DNA from: Vitrella brassicaformis CCMP3155 | Taxonomy: Eukaryota; Protista; Chromerida | Direction of reading: 5' to 3' | Length of the DNA: 64,000 nt | NCBI GenBank assembly: GCA_001179505.1 | Contig: CDMY01000479.1 | Span: 1-64,000, forward strand | Shown: positions 35,103 to 46,300 of the stretch, piece after piece | How positions within the stretch are numbered: the first letter of the stretch is position 1 | How the letters are laid out: each line of letters begins with the position of its first letter | Notes under the pieces: model-generated | The model's database searches: none | What the model was told of the DNA's origin: nothing | Seen by the model: the letters and a program-made list of their open reading frames with translations, nothing else | Position numbers and translations under genes: made by a program

Positions 35103-38100
35103 GTACCTGGATGGAGAGCTGCCTGAGCCTGTTCAGGAAGTCTTCCAGCTCCTGAAAACACAACACACCAGACGCCGCCCGTCGGTGGCCGTGTCTCGCG
35201 GCGGCCGGTCCACTACCTGCTCGCCGCCCTCGTAAGTGGGCAGGTCCACCACATAGCCCGCTGTGCGGCACTTGGGTGAGGCCGCCATGAAGTCAACCAA
35301 CAGACGCAATGTGTCTTCCAGAGACACGGACATGCCTGTGCGCGCGCATGTGTGTAGACACAGAGGTGTGTGTGTGTGTGTGTGTTGGGGGTCAGGGCGA
35401 GGAGCGGACCTCTGTAGAGCTGTTCGTTCAATCGGCTGACGAGGGGGGTCTGCTTGCTCTTGGGCACTTTCAAGGCGATCTGTCCAGACAATGAGAGTGG
35501 CCATACCGATACCGCCTCAAGTATGTGTGTGTGTGTGTGTGTGTGAAGGTGCCTGCATAATCTCTTCTGGGTTGATCCACTCAAGCCCCATTCGCTGCGC
35601 CAACTCGTAACCCACACGCTTCTTGGCTGCACACACACACACACACAGACACAGGAGATGGATGTCTCTGTCCATCACGACAGACTCACACAGGCCTTCG
35701 TGTGTGTGTACCGTCACAGTCGACCCCTAACAGCACAATGCCCATCTGGGGCGTCTTGGCGCAGTCCACCAAGTCACGATCCGTCGCCGGCTGCTCAGGA
35801 CGGTCGGCCAGTGGGGGGAACTCTGACGCATGAGCAGGCTGCAGGGGAGGGGGAGGAGGGGAAGGCTCCGCGGCCACCTGCACACACACACACACATATC
35901 CGCACACAAAGGGTGTGTTTCTGCGACCACACACACGCACAGGGAGACACAGACGATCAGAGAGTGACTGAGTGTGTGCGTACCTCTCCCCCCGCTCGTT
36001 CTTCCTCCTTGCCCTCTTCGTCTTCAGGGATGTTGAGCATCCACTGGGGGTCCAGGTCACCCAGCTCCGAGCGCACCCACTGGGTGCCCGCTGAGGGGGG
36101 CTTCTCCTGCACACACAGGATGTGTATACGTGTTTGTGCGTGCGAAAGGCTGTGTAAGGCAGCATGGTTGTTACGTCTGGGAACCGAATGTCTTCCGGTT
36201 TTTGGATGGCCGTGGCAGCGAGGCCTTTCAGCGGCCCCAATGGACCGATCTCCTCTTCCTCTCTCTGCTCAGCAGCACCCTAATAAGCGTCCTCGGTTGT
36301 GTTTGGATGATGTGGGTGTGTGTAGTGGTGTGTGGCCTTTGTACCTCCTCGGCAGCAGTGGGCTCCTCCTCCCTGTGTGTGGGCATAGGCATGGGCGCTG
36401 GTGATGGAGAGGGGGCCCTCCCATTCTCCCTCTGCTGCTGCTGCTGCTGCTGCTGGGTGAACTCAGTCCACCTTCTCCGAGACTCCCTGTGTGTCCCATT
36501 GGTGTTATTCACTGACGCCTTTGTGTCGTGGGTGGCTCTTTCTGCTTGCACATACGTGTCTTTGAAGGCCTTGCTGGCGGCCACCCCAGCATCGTGTGGC
36601 AGGGCGAGCGAGTCTCGCACAATGTCCAGCTGCACACACATATACACACATAAGGACACCCACGACGCATATTTCAGCGAAGGACCTGGTTGAGAATGGA
36701 GTTCTGGCTTGGTGTGATGACAAAGCGGCTCGCGCGCGGCGCACCTCCAGCAGCAGCAACAGTCCTGCGAGACCTGTTTATGGGCACAAGTGACTTCGCA
36801 TACACTGTCGTGCCATGACTCTCGTGTACCCCATGAGCAGGTCGGCGAAGTCGGCCTTCTTGTCGGTATCCTTGACACGGAAGTCCACATGCACCTCTGC
36901 TGCTGCAGCTGTTGCTGCTCTCGCAGCTGGTTCTCCTTCTTTCGCTGCTGCTGCTTCTGCTCTCTCCGTTTGCTCTTGTTCTCGCTGCAGCTGGGCACGC
37001 TGCTCCAGGCTGACCTCTGTCTTGGACATACGAATGCGCGGCTGCAACACAAAGACGGAGGAGAGGATGGGTGGATGGGAGAGACACGGCACTCTCACCT
37101 CGGGCTTGTGTCCGTCGACGACCATCTCCACCTCACACACCACACTGCCCGAAGATCGCTGCTGCTCAATGCCCTTACTGCACACACCCGCCCCCCAACG
37201 ACATATGAGCAGAGGGGCACCCATGTGTTGCTCACGCTTGCTGCTCCTGCTGCTCCTGCTGCTGCTGCTGGTCCAGCTGCTCCTCATCCGGATGGTCGAG
37301 GTAGGTGTATGTGGTGTATGTCCGTGGCGCCAGGGCACCGCTGACCGTCTGTGACCGCTTCTTTACCTCACTCCCCTCGGCAGCAGGCTGGGTGTAGGCC
37401 ACAGTTCTCCGCGGCACTTGCACCTCACCAGCAGCAGCGACAGCGACAGCGGCAGCGGCAGCCTGACACGTTTACACACAGGAAGTGTGCAGAGTGTGTG
37501 TGTCTGCACCCTGCACACCTGCTCAGCAGCAGCAGCGGCATCAGCGGCACCAACGGCAGCAGCAGGAGCAGCAGCAGGTGGTCTGGGTGAGATCTCCTTG
37601 GATGGCAGCAGCGACGCAGTGCGCATCGACTGAATGCGATCCGACGCCCTCTCGGCAGCCAAGCGGACCAGCTCCTGCGCCTCGGCGTGCAGCTGCGCCT
37701 AAGAAGAGGAGCCGAAGGACCTGCATAGGACGCGTCGGTATGTCTCGTGTGTATGTGTGTGTGTACTTCAGAGCTGGTGCGAGCCCGAACGGCGATAGGA
37801 GGGCCGGCAGGTGCGCTGGCGGGCACTGCTTCCGCCGCTGCTGGCGCTGCTGCAGGTGTCTCGGCTGGCATGCGCTGCTGCGTCCTTTTGTCTGGCGATT
37901 TGTCCTCCTCTGTCTCCTCTTCGAGAGTGGGCAGCTGTGTGGCCGTCTGGGCGGACCGAAACGACTCCAGCAACATCTGCCAACGCGCACCACACAGGCC
38001 ATGTGTGTGTGTGTGTGTGTGTGTATGGGTGTGTGTGTTTGTGTGCGCACCTTGGCTGCGGCGCCGAAAGGCGTGACCTCTTCAGGCTTGGCCCACACGA

Positions 38101-39592
38101 CCTCTACCGCATCCTCCGGATCGATTCCTTCATTGTCGTCGACGCACTCCTCCTCATACTCGAGCACCTCCACGTCCTCGGCAAAACCGGTCGTGCGGTC
38201 CTCTGCACACACACACACACACATGCAGCGGCTCCCATTCAGCGGGGCTGTGACGTTGTTCGCACACCGTCTGGTCCTGCTCCCATCTTTGGGTGCTGCA
38301 GCTGTGTCGTGTCGGTCAGGGCTACGTCGTCATCCCACTGGGCCATCAGCGACACCTGCCGGGCGTCAGTAGCCTCTGTGTGAGCGCACATACACATGTG
38401 TGTCGGGGAGGAAGACACTCACTCATTCTCTGTGGGTGTTGGTGGTGCTTTCTCCGACCTTGTGAGACCTTGAACGATGCCGCGAAGGACTTCTTGCGGC
38501 GAATGGGGGCGGCCGGCCTCTCCTCCGCCTGATACAAGACACCCAACACGCGAGACACGCGCGTGTACGCGATTCACACGTCTGTGTCTTCGTGTGTGTA
38601 CTTTGGGCGGCTCTTCTGCATCGACGGCCATTGAAGCGCCGCGAGTTCGGCGAAAGGTCACCTAGGAAAGAAGAACAGGGTGCGCTTCTTTGTTGTCATG
38701 AATGTCTTCATCTATCCGTCGTTCCCGATCCAGACAAGGAACAACAGTACCATACCACAATCTTGGGGAGTTTCCTGATCGTTTCGCCCGTCGCCTTCTT
38801 GACGCTCCGGACGGTGATGCGCTTGAACAACTTTGTCTGCACACGAAGCAGAATGAGTGTCTTATATATGTGGGCACTGCCTGACGCACCAGGAAGTCTG
38901 AGTATGCCTTGTCGCTGATGACGGGCGTCCAGACGTCGGCCAGCTGGAAGAAGGCCTCGAAGAAACGCGTGAACTCCAGCGCATCAGCACCTGCACCCAC
39001 CATACACACAAATGCGCCTTTCTCGCTCGCGGAAACACTCCTAGGTGCTTCGCCGACCTCTGCTGTCGTGCAGCCAGTCGCTGTCGACCACTTGGAGGGC
39101 CTGCTCGGGCGTGAAGTCAGGCAGCAACACCTTGCAAATCATCATCAACACCTGAGGACCACACACAGACCAGATCCAGGCACACAGGTGTGAACACACA
39201 GACACATACACATCCACGCTCATCTCATTCTCGCCTACCCGAGTGTACTCGTCCCTGGGCACTTTGTCGTCGCCGTTTTTGCGGAACAGCTGCCAGAGGC
39301 CGGCCACCTTCCGCTGCAGCACCGGCGACCACTTGAGCCGCCCACGGGCTGACAGAGCTGAGGGCGTCTCGAAGGCCTGGTCGCCTGCAATACGCAGAGG
39401 CAACAGAGAACCGCCTCCACATCTCTCTCTCTCTGTGTGCGTGTATGTGTTGTAGCTGACCCTGTAGGTAGTAAGGGATGGCATTGTGGACACCGGGCCG
39501 CTCCCACTCAAACAGCAAATCCTCAGACGGCTCCTGAGGAAGACAGGCGCACACAGAGAGCTCATAGTCGATTCATCGCCGCTCACCGTCAT
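25798..39592 (-). CDS. AK9: Adenylate kinase 9-like (multiple AK domains + YHS domains) with long N-terminal extension containing an EF-hand-like domain; very many exons
   Basis: VGPPLSGKSTLAAKLAEKTG, DELMVASIVRRL..DC..RGWILDGLP, YHS motifs AVDYGGRVFLFSSPETMTAFKRDP and YCPVTLRNEKWLVPG..YRLFSEPAMKAFSLNPAAY, and AK9-type C-terminus EALTDVGDRRPVMPHL..AALTYVALHLSATNP. Start MT|EPSEDLLFEW at 39592. Ends approximate. Confidence 0.8.
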
Positions 39593-40113
39593 GACGGCAG
39601 AGGAAACGGCAAAGTGGATGGCCTTGTCTGCTTACAACCCGCCGCTGCGTGAATGTAATGATCCACTGGCAGGAAACGAATAACTTTACCCCTCCAAAAC
39701 TTGAAGGAGCTTCTATCTAGAAGTTCCCCTCAGAGTCTCGTGGTGGGGGCGCAGCTGGGGGCTTCCGTCTGCATGCAGGGGGACTCAGTAGGCTGTTACG
39801 CGGAATTCGTATATATCGCATAGATGAGCATGAGAAAGGGTCTGTGGGCCTCGCATCAGACACAGACGAGGGTTCCGGCCATGATGTGTCTAGCAATCCA
39901 ATCGTATCCAAGATTGTATCAATCAGTCTACCGCCCTATGCACACGAGAGAGAAAAACACCATGCAGCGGACCGAACCAGCCCCCTTCCCCGCCTTTCCT
40001 CCGGACCCCCTCCTCTTTCCGTTCTGCACACACGTTGGCACTGTACATATACACCCGGGTCTGTATCTCTGTCTGTCTGTCTCCCCGTCTCCCCATCTAT
40101 GTGAGACGGCCAA

Positions 40114-43100
40114 TTAGTTGAGTTTGTCCTGTTGCGGGCTGTACTCCTTGACGATATCAACATCGCCCTGCAGTCCACACACACACACACACACACACAC
40201 ACGGCCCCATCGAGACACACACACAACAAAAGAGAGAGTCTGACACTCCTGGCTGTCTTGAAGTATGCCCTCGCAGATATATAGTACTACCTCTTTTGTG
40301 GCGGTGTCTCCTGCTGCTTCCTCATCCCCGCTGTTTTTCTTGATGACGACTGTCCCCTTCTTGGCGGGCTTGGCCACCCTCGATGAGGCCTTGCTGCTCG
40401 CCGTGCTGTCCAGGGCCATCGAGTCGTCGTCGTGGACGTCGTCTTCGTCACTCTGCACGCAATCATGTGGACGGATGAAGGGAGAGAGGGACGGATGAAG
40501 GGATGTGTGTGTGTGTGTGTGTGTGTGTGGACGTGTGTGTTGCGATATTACGTCTGCATCGATGTCGATTTCCTCGGCCCACACCTGGATGTCCTCGGGG
40601 TCTGACGGGCCCTGTGTGGTGTGGGAGAGAGAGCAACACGCGGTTGTCTGTCTGTGTCTGTGTGTAATGCCATGTGTGTGGGCGGCCCACGCCCGGCGCA
40701 CCGTGTCCTTCTCCGCCACATCTGACGGCAGCTCGTGTGAGTAGGCATACCTGAGTGCGGCCACACACACACACACACACACACATGAGTGGAAGGACAT
40801 GAATCGCGCTGTTTGTGTGTGTGGCGTGCCAGCCAGCAATTATTATCAGACTTACTTACCGCTGTGAGTGTCTGTGTGGCGCCCACAGCCACATTATGGC
40901 CACCAAGACAAAGAGAAAGAGCAGGTGGGAGATGCCGTCGGTCAGCAGCCATTGGGACTGCCACCGAGCCGTCACATTCTGCACACACAAGACACCCACC
41001 CCCGCCCGCAGACGGTCACACACCAAGACACACAGAGGTATGTCTGCTGCGTCTTGACGTGAGGACCTGGGAGAGGTATGTGATCTGGTAGATGAGAGCC
41101 GCCGCAGCGATGATGAGCGACATGACTAGCACGTTCCACAGCCGCGTGAACAGCAGCAGCTTCTCTGTCTGCTTGCGGGCGCGCAGCTTCTGTCGCACGC
41201 AATGTAAGAACGAAATGAGCGGAGCGTATGTGTGTGTGTGTGTGTATTGTCTAATTCTGCGTGTGGGCACACACAGATATGTACCATGATGAGGGCGGAG
41301 AGTGATGTAAAGATCCAGTAGAAGAGGATGGCGTTGAGCAGAGAGACGGGGAAGAGACACATCAGCACAAAGGCGAAGTTGAAGGCGTGGGAAGACCCGT
41401 AATTCAGCACCACCAGCCTGTCAGTCGTAGGTATAAGTCCACCAAACAAACCACACATACTCACACACAATCTGTTCGGCACGCGACTGACCTGCAGGTG
41501 TCCAAGATCGTGTAGACGATCGACGTCTGCCGTATTCGCCGCACCACTGACGCCTCCAACGTGGCCCTGACCACACCCCACCCTGCACACACACACGCAG
41601 ATCAGATGGATGTGTGTGTGTGTGTGTGTGTGTGTGGCGGGGGAGGGTACGATACCGAGGCTGGCTACGAGGACGAGCATATAGGAAACGATGCACTTGA
41701 CGACCGACAGGACGATGGCGCAGAAGAAGAGGGCGTGTATGCGGTAGCCGTAGGTGTTCCACCAGTGAAGGTGCACGTGCCACAACACACACTCCAGAAA
41801 CCCCAGAAATATCACGCCTTGCCACAAACAAACAGAGAGATAAGAAGGCATGAGAAGGCGTGCAATGGACGCCTGTGTGGGGGCGGGGGCTGGCCATCGC
41901 ATATATCGTACCCGCGATGCACATTTGTATTTTGATGAGTTCGGTGTTCCAGCGGAGGGAGGCCGCAAACCAGACCACAGACAAGAACATGTAGGCCAGG
42001 GTCAGATACCCTGAAGCATAGATAGTGCACAGACATGACGTCACATGACGTCCACCAATAAAGACGCGTTTGTTTGTTCTGTCAGTGAAGGCACCGTAGA
42101 AAGGCATTCGAGGGTATTCGCTGCCCGGCAGATAGCCGTAGGGATTCTTCACCACCACTTTGCCGCTTATCGTACCCCTGTGACCCACAGGAATACGGAG
42201 GAGGCATACACACCTTCTTGTCTGTGTGTGTGTGTGTGTGCACAAACAAAGCCATACCCTTTCTTGTCCCCACAGTTGGAGAAGGTCAGCACATAGACGC
42301 CCGTCTGGCTCAGCAGCTGCCGGTCTCTGTATGTGTAAGCACACAGCGGCAGTGCACACAAACACACACACACAGAGGAGAGGCAATAATGGATGGATGG
42401 CAGGTCACTCACCTGGCTGGGTGTGGGCCGTATTCGATGCCGTGTCGGTACATTGGCTTCTCCCTCGACCCAATCAGAGTGTCCTTGACCGAACAGAGGC
42501 CCTGTTCAATACGCACACACACAAACACCCCTCATATGGACGGCTGGCTGGATGGATGGATGCGGGCAGTGAATGGCCTTCTCACGACAGCAATGTCATC
42601 TTCGTTGCAGCAGAACTTCTGCGGCGATATAATCGACCAAAAGTCTGAACACACACACACGAACCACACACCACAACAGACAGCAATCAATAAGCCTCCC
42701 CGCTCTCCATCCGGCCCTGCCCACCAGTGAATCGCATCAGCGACAGCTCCACCCCCACATAGTCCCGAAACTTCTGCACGTCCCCTCCGCCCTTCCCGGT
42801 GAATTCCATCCCCTCGAACGTCACCTGCGCCTCCCCACCTCCCCGGCCAGCGGGGCTGTCCTCTTTCCCGTACACAAAGAAGCTGTTGAGCACCTACACA
42901 CACACCCGCCCACGCACACACATACAGGCTCCCATCCATCGCTCTCTCTCTCTCTCTCTCTGTTGCTGACATTGAGCTGTTTGTTGTCGGGGATCGGGGT
43001 GTCACGGAACTCATAAACCTGCGCCAGGGCCATCCTCCATGGGATGAGGAGGGCCGTGAGCAGCAGCTGGCCAGGTTTCGGCCCACGCCATGGACGGATC

Positions 43101-43129
43101 TGCCAAATCTCTCGCGGATCTGTCCCCAT
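40114..43129 (-). CDS. TMEM87/GPR107-family (Lung_7-TM_R) seven-transmembrane protein
   Basis: N-terminal leader, lumenal FCC motif, GKVVVKNPYGYLPGSEYPRMPFYG, YMFLSVVWFAASLRWNTELIKIQMCIA, GVIFLGFLEC, further hydrophobic helices, YAYSHEL and an acidic tail ending QQDKLN* at 40114. Confidence 0.82.
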
Positions 43130-43339
43130 GGCACCCTGTAGTCAAACCTACTGGTGGAAAGGAGAAAAACGATACGCGGGAAACGGCGATCGCGCGCTAA
43201 GCTCGCAGGCAGGGAAGGGAAGGAAAAGATGGCTGTGTTGAGTCATTCTTGACGAGTTCGGCACAGAGATGGCACTCACAGGTGAAAGTTCAAGTTGTTC
43301 GGCCTCTTTTGGTGGCTGATTGATTCACTGAGCTGACCA

Positions 43340-46300
43340 ATGGAGAGCACGGCGGCGTCACCGCCCTGTGTGGGCGAGCAGGAGGCGCAGACAGTGCTGC
43401 AGGAGATCTCTGCCGAGCCATTGATTGTCTGTGGGTCACTCCCGAGCGAACGAGATGCGAATTACCTCGTCCGAAAGAGGTCAGTCGTGATGAGGGCCGC
43501 TGAGCGATTGGCACACTGTCTTTGGCTGCCTGTTGGTGTGTGCAGCTCGGAAGCAGCGCCGTGCTACGTGCTGAAGATCAGCAATGAGAGCGACCAGCCG
43601 TCTTTGATTGACTGCCAGAATGAACTGATGGTACTTACACGCACACACGCACAGCACACGGCTGTCTGTTTCTGGATCATTCATGTGGCTGTGTGTCGTC
43701 GTCAGGCGCACCTCGCCCGCCATGCAGGCCCAGGGCGATTCACCGTGCCCACTCCCCTGCTGCTCAAGAACGGCTCCCACACCATGCGGACAACAGGCGG
43801 CGGCCATCTCTGCCGGCTGCTCACCTACCAGCAGGGCGTCCCTCTGGCGGATTTCTCGCCACACGACGCCACCCTCCTCGGGCGAGTCGGTCGGGTGATT
43901 GGGCATGTGACGAGTGCGCTGTGCTGGTTTGTACATAGCGGGGCGGAGAGGGCGATCGTGTGGTCGATGGAGCGGTGTGGAGAGGTCATTGGGGCGCATC
44001 TGGGGCACATGAGCGGCAGCCAGGAGGGGGACACGGAGGTGATAAAGAGATGGCTGGAGAGGTATACGAACGTCATCGAGCCGAAGATGAGAGACCTGCC
44101 AAGGGTCAGCCTGCACTGCACTAATGCATTTTATCTGCCGCCGCAGCGATTCATCTTTGTTTTGCAGGGTGTGCTTCACGGCGACCTCAACGACCGCAAT
44201 ATCTTGGTCGACTACCGCTGGGAGGGCCGGGCGGGGGAGGGCACACACAGCGTGGCCGTCATCGACTATGGGGACGTCAGCTGCGGGCCCAGGGTGAGTG
44301 ACAGACAGATGCACACAGACGACATGAATGAAAGGACTGTCGTCGTTGTTTGCTTGCAGGTATCTGACCTGGCCATCGCGATGTCCTATGTGATGTACCG
44401 GAAGGAGGAGCCACTCGCGTGTGTCATGCCATTTGTCGCAGGGTGGGTGGGTGAGGGGCCGATCAACACGCATATTGACTTCGGCCATGGAGGGATGGAT
44501 GGATGGATGTGTTTTGTGTGTCAGGTATCACAGCGTGCATCCGCTGACTGAGGGCGAAGTGGACGTCCTCTTCGACCTCTCACTCATGCGGCTCGCAACC
44601 ACAGTCGTTATGGCCGCACACCATGTACGCCAACGAGGATACACACACGCACAGAGAGGGGAGGGTATCCACAATGAGTATGGTCTTTCATGTTGCTGGC
44701 AGCGGTCGATTAGGCCCGAGAATGCTTATCTGTCTGTTTCCGAGAGCGGGGCTCTGCGGCTCCTGCGTCTGCTCGACTCAACTGTCGATGTCAACCACCT
44801 GCTGCCGCGAGCCATCCTCCGACACACGTGCAATATGGTACGCGCCGTATGCGACCACAAACACCACCACACAACGCCCTTCTCGGTCGGCCTTCAGGCG
44901 CCCATCCCCTCTGCGCCGTCCCTGCACTCACTCGCGCCGCCCCACGTTGTGCGGCCCCCTTCATGTCTGGCGGTCGTCGACCTCACCAGCAGCAGCCACC
45001 TGATCGAGTGCGACGCCGAGATGTTCGCTGTGAGGGGCGGCGTCGACTGGGAGAGGCGGCCTACTGACCTCGGGGCCAAGATGGACCAGGAAATGGTAAT
45101 GGGGGGTGGGCGGATGGGATGGGATGAGATGTCCTCAATGTCCGCTGTGTGCATCCGTTGAGTCAGGGCGTGGACCAGTGTGTGGCGATGAGCGGCTACA
45201 TGGACGCCTGGCCCGTTCCTCTGTGCGGCATCAACGGGCCCTCTCCCTCCCCCTCCCCCTCCCCTGGTCACCCCCGCGACCACCTTCTGCGCGACGGCTG
45301 CATCCGCCCCTCTCTCGCCACCACACAAATCGGACGCACCTTCTTCCTTCGCTCGCCGGCAGCCGAGCCAGTGGGGTTCGCTCGGCACCAACGCGGCAAA
45401 GGCGGCCAGTGGGAGGTGTTCTGTCCTCTCGATGGGTGTGAGTTGCTGCACGTGGATGCGGCGAGCAGGAGAGGGACGGGGCTGGTGGTGCTGCTGCAGC
45501 GGGTGTCCTCTCAGGTGCGGGAGGTGTCGAGCGCGTCCACTCTGACGGGCGGGGCCAACAGCAATAGCAGCCCACCGGCTTCAGACTGCGATGAGGACCC
45601 ACCCCACCACCACCAGCAGCAGCAGCAGCAGGCGCCCACAACAGACGTGTATTGGCTCATTGCGGGGCTGCATGGCCCCTCGCTAGACACGAGAAGGCAG
45701 GGCAGGGCTATCAGCAAGGGAGACATTATCGGCCCTGTGGATGTGGGCCAGTGGGGGTGTGCCGGGCTGGAGGGAGTGGCGACACTGCCGCCGAGGGTCC
45801 ACGTGACGGCTGCCTTTGACCTATGGGGCCACGAGGCCGACCCTGCGGCCTTTCCAACTCGCTGCACGCGGAGGCTCAAGGTCAGTACACACACACAAAC
45901 CGCAATTGTGGCCCGAGACACACACCATCTCTCTCTCTGTGTGGTACTGCAGGAGGTGTATGAGTGCTTGTGTCCGGACCCTGCCGTGCTTCTGGGTCTG
46001 CTTCCCTCCGCTGTGGGTGTGGGTGTAGAGGCCAAGATGTCTTTGTGTGACGGCATGGTGCACGTCGGTGCCCCCTCTGTGCTGGCCGGGGGCAAGAGGG
46101 ACCCTGAAGAGCTGAAACGGGTGAAGATCCTCTTGTATGCGGGTGTCTTCACCCAGCGCGTGTGCGCCTGTGTGTGTTGTGCAGATAAGGCGTGACGTTC
46201 TGGGCAGGAATCTGTCGCTCAACTACAAGGCGGACCCTGTCAAGGTCGTCAGGTGAGCCATTCGCCATGGTGCATATGGACGGACGGATGGATGGATGGA

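Noticed and set aside
43481-44488. 335-aa minus-strand ORF
   Set aside because: Antisense to the GC-rich kinase exons; no independent features.
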